Shown here piece after piece: positions 62,364 to 64,000 of a stretch of 64,000 bases of DNA; within the stretch, counting starts at the first letter, position 1; each line of letters opens with the position of its first letter. The stretch is from assembly GCA_913775595.1 (NCBI GenBank), contig CAJYLB010000001.1, positions 1,129,135-1,193,134 of the forward strand, in the 5' to 3' direction. Under the pieces are notes generated by a model, which searched no databases, was not told the origin of the DNA, and worked only from the letters and a program-made list of their open reading frames with translations. The DNA is from an uncultured Aquiluna sp. GTDB lineage: Bacteria > Actinomycetota > Actinomycetes > Actinomycetales > Microbacteriaceae. The translations under genes were made by a program, and so were the position numbers.

Positions 62364-63374
62364 ATGGCCACAGTTACACCTTTGTTCGCTCCCGAGCAGG
62401 GTCCAATCTCAGCCAGCAAGGAGGCTGCAAGTGCAGCCCTGGAGTCTTTGCTGGCAATTCGCTTCTTTGAGGAGGCAGTAGACGGCCTCTTTGCCAGAGG
62501 CCTGATGCACGGGACCATGCACCTTTCTATCGGGCAGGAGGCCGTAGCGACCGGAGTCTGCGCCGCGCTCAGAAAGAGCGACTACATAACATCAACCCAC
62601 CGCGGACACTCGCACTGCATCGCCAAGGGTGCTGACCTGACTCGCATGATGGCGGAACTTCTTGCCAAGCAGACCGGCTACTGCCGAGGACGTGGTGGCA
62701 GCATGCACATCGCAGATGTTGAGACAGGGAACCTGGGAGCAAACGGCATTGTTGCCGGAGGCATTCCCATTGCTGCTGGGGCTGCCCTAGCTCAGAAGAT
62801 GCAGGGTAAAGACAACGTAGTGGTGTCTTTCTTTGGCGATGGTGCCACCAATGAGGGTGCGTTCCACGAGGCTTTGAACCTGGCCGCGGTTTGGGATCTA
62901 CCGGTTGTCTTTGTCTGCGAGAACAACAAGTACGGCATGAGCTTCTCCACGGCAAAGAGCATGAAGGTCGAGAAGATCTCTGAGCGAGCTGCGGCATATG
63001 GCTTTCCGGGCGTGACGGTAGACGGCAACGACGTTGACGAAGTGTTTGCTGCAACCCAAGAGGCAGTGGCACGAGCCAGGTCTGGGGGTGGGCCAACCCT
63101 TATTGAGTGCCTTACCTACAGACACAAGGGCCACTCCAAGAGCGACAAGAACCTCTACCGCACCAAGGAGGAAATCGACTTCTGGAAGACGAAGGACCCA
63201 GTTGGGATCTTTGAGACCAAGCTGATCGACAATTCAGTGCTTTCTGCGGAAGAGGTTGAGCAGCTCACCCAAAAGGTTCGTGATGCGGTTCGTCTCGCAA
63301 TCCAGGAGGCAACTCAGGCACCGGATTCGGATCCAGCAGAGCTGCTTTCCTCTGTCTTTAGGCAGGTGGGCTAG
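62364..63374 (+). CDS. TPP-dependent 2-oxoacid/acetoin dehydrogenase E1 alpha subunit
   Basis: [19 protein letters not shown]...ENN, YRHKGHS; start ATG 62364 with SD AAGGA. Confidence 0.9.
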   Translation: MATVTPLFAPEQGPISASKEAASAALESLLAIRFFEEAVDGLFARGLMHGTMHLSIGQEAVATGVCAALRKSDYITSTHRGHSHCIAKGADLTRMMAELLAKQTGYCRGRGGSMHIADVETGNLGANGIVAGGIPIAAGAALAQKMQGKDNVVVSFFGDGATNEGAFHEALNLAAVWDLPVVFVCENNKYGMSFSTAKSMKVEKISERAAAYGFPGVTVDGNDVDEVFAATQEAVARARSGGGPTLIECLTYRHKGHSKSDKNLYRTKEEIDFWKTKDPVGIFETKLIDNSVLSAEEVEQLTQKVRDAVRLAIQEATQAPDSDPAELLSSVFRQVG

Positions 63375-64000
63375 ATGACTGAGCGCATCATCACCTACGC
63401 GGAGGCTGTCCGCGAAGCAATTGGCCAGGCCATGGAGGCTGACAGCAACGTCTTCATGCTCGGGGAGGATATCGGGGTCTACGGAGGAGCGTTTGGCGTT
63501 TCCGGTGATCTCTACCACCGCTTTGGCGAGGAGCGCGTTCGCGATACGCCCATCTCGGAGCTAGGAATTGTGGGCGCTGCGGTTGGTGCCGCACTGGTTG
63601 GAATGAAGCCGATTGTCGAGATCCAGTTCTCTGACTTCACCGCTCAGGCCATGGATCAAATTGTCAATCAGGCCGCAAAGATTCACTTCATGCTCGGTGG
63701 TGAGCTGTCGGTGCCAATGGTTTTGCGAGCACCGTCCGGTTCGGGAACAGGTGCTGCAGCCCAGCACTCCCAGAGTCTCGAGGCGTGGTTCGCGCACGTT
63801 CCTGGGCTAAAGGTCGTGTTGCCATCATCGCCAGCCGATGCCAAGGGCTTATTGCTTTCAGCACTCGATGACCCTAACCCGGTCGTGGTCTTGGAGCACA
63901 AGCTCCTCTACAAGACCTCCGGTCATGTGCCAGAGGAAATGTATAAAACACCAATTGGAGTTTCCAATGTGGTTCGCGAGGGTAAAGACCTAACTATCGT
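63375..64000 (+). CDS. 2-oxoacid/acetoin dehydrogenase E1 beta subunit (3' truncated by window edge)
   Basis: My translation [20 protein letters not shown]...[13 protein letters not shown]...DTPISE...AAQHSQ; not in the ORF track. Confidence 0.92.
   Translation, partial: MTERIITYAEAVREAIGQAMEADSNVFMLGEDIGVYGGAFGVSGDLYHRFGEERVRDTPISELGIVGAAVGAALVGMKPIVEIQFSDFTAQAMDQIVNQAAKIHFMLGGELSVPMVLRAPSGSGTGAAAQHSQSLEAWFAHVPGLKVVLPSSPADAKGLLLSALDDPNPVVVLEHKLLYKTSGHVPEEMYKTPIGVSNVVREGKDLTI

Overview
Dense, streamlined actinobacterial chromosome segment. Gene content and compaction are consistent with Microbacteriaceae of the Luna cluster (Aquiluna/Rhodoluna-like); this placement is inference. It holds a Cys-free rpmB-rpmG-rpsN operon, HU, a CopD/CtaG-Pif1-helicase operon, a divergent MMPL / DUF2834-esterase pair, dcd, a BlaI/M56 pair with a visible operator, and a HAIR-controlled dnaK-grpE-dnaJ-hspR-clpB(-alkD) operon. 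Further on are pyrE, purA, pepO, an orphan DNA methyltransferase, TPP-riboswitch-controlled thiBP, pgm, pheA, serS, three tRNAs, an AglEFG-type sugar ABC locus flanked by GH32 and GH1 hydrolases, monomeric icd, a DivIVA-like coiled-coil protein, a lycopene-elongase-like plus CrtI/CrtD-like pair, and the start of a 2-oxoacid/acetoin dehydrogenase operon. I saw no IS, integrase, prophage or CRISPR array. The clearest window-wide signals are many apparent leaderless promoters (TAnnnT-N6/7-start), stop codons doubling as -10 boxes, and overlapping convergent gene ends. No single locus is demonstrably novel from sequence alone. The best candidates are the carotenoid-modifying pair, the MMPL/DUF2834-esterase pair and the Pr6Pr/hydrolase/peroxidase cluster.
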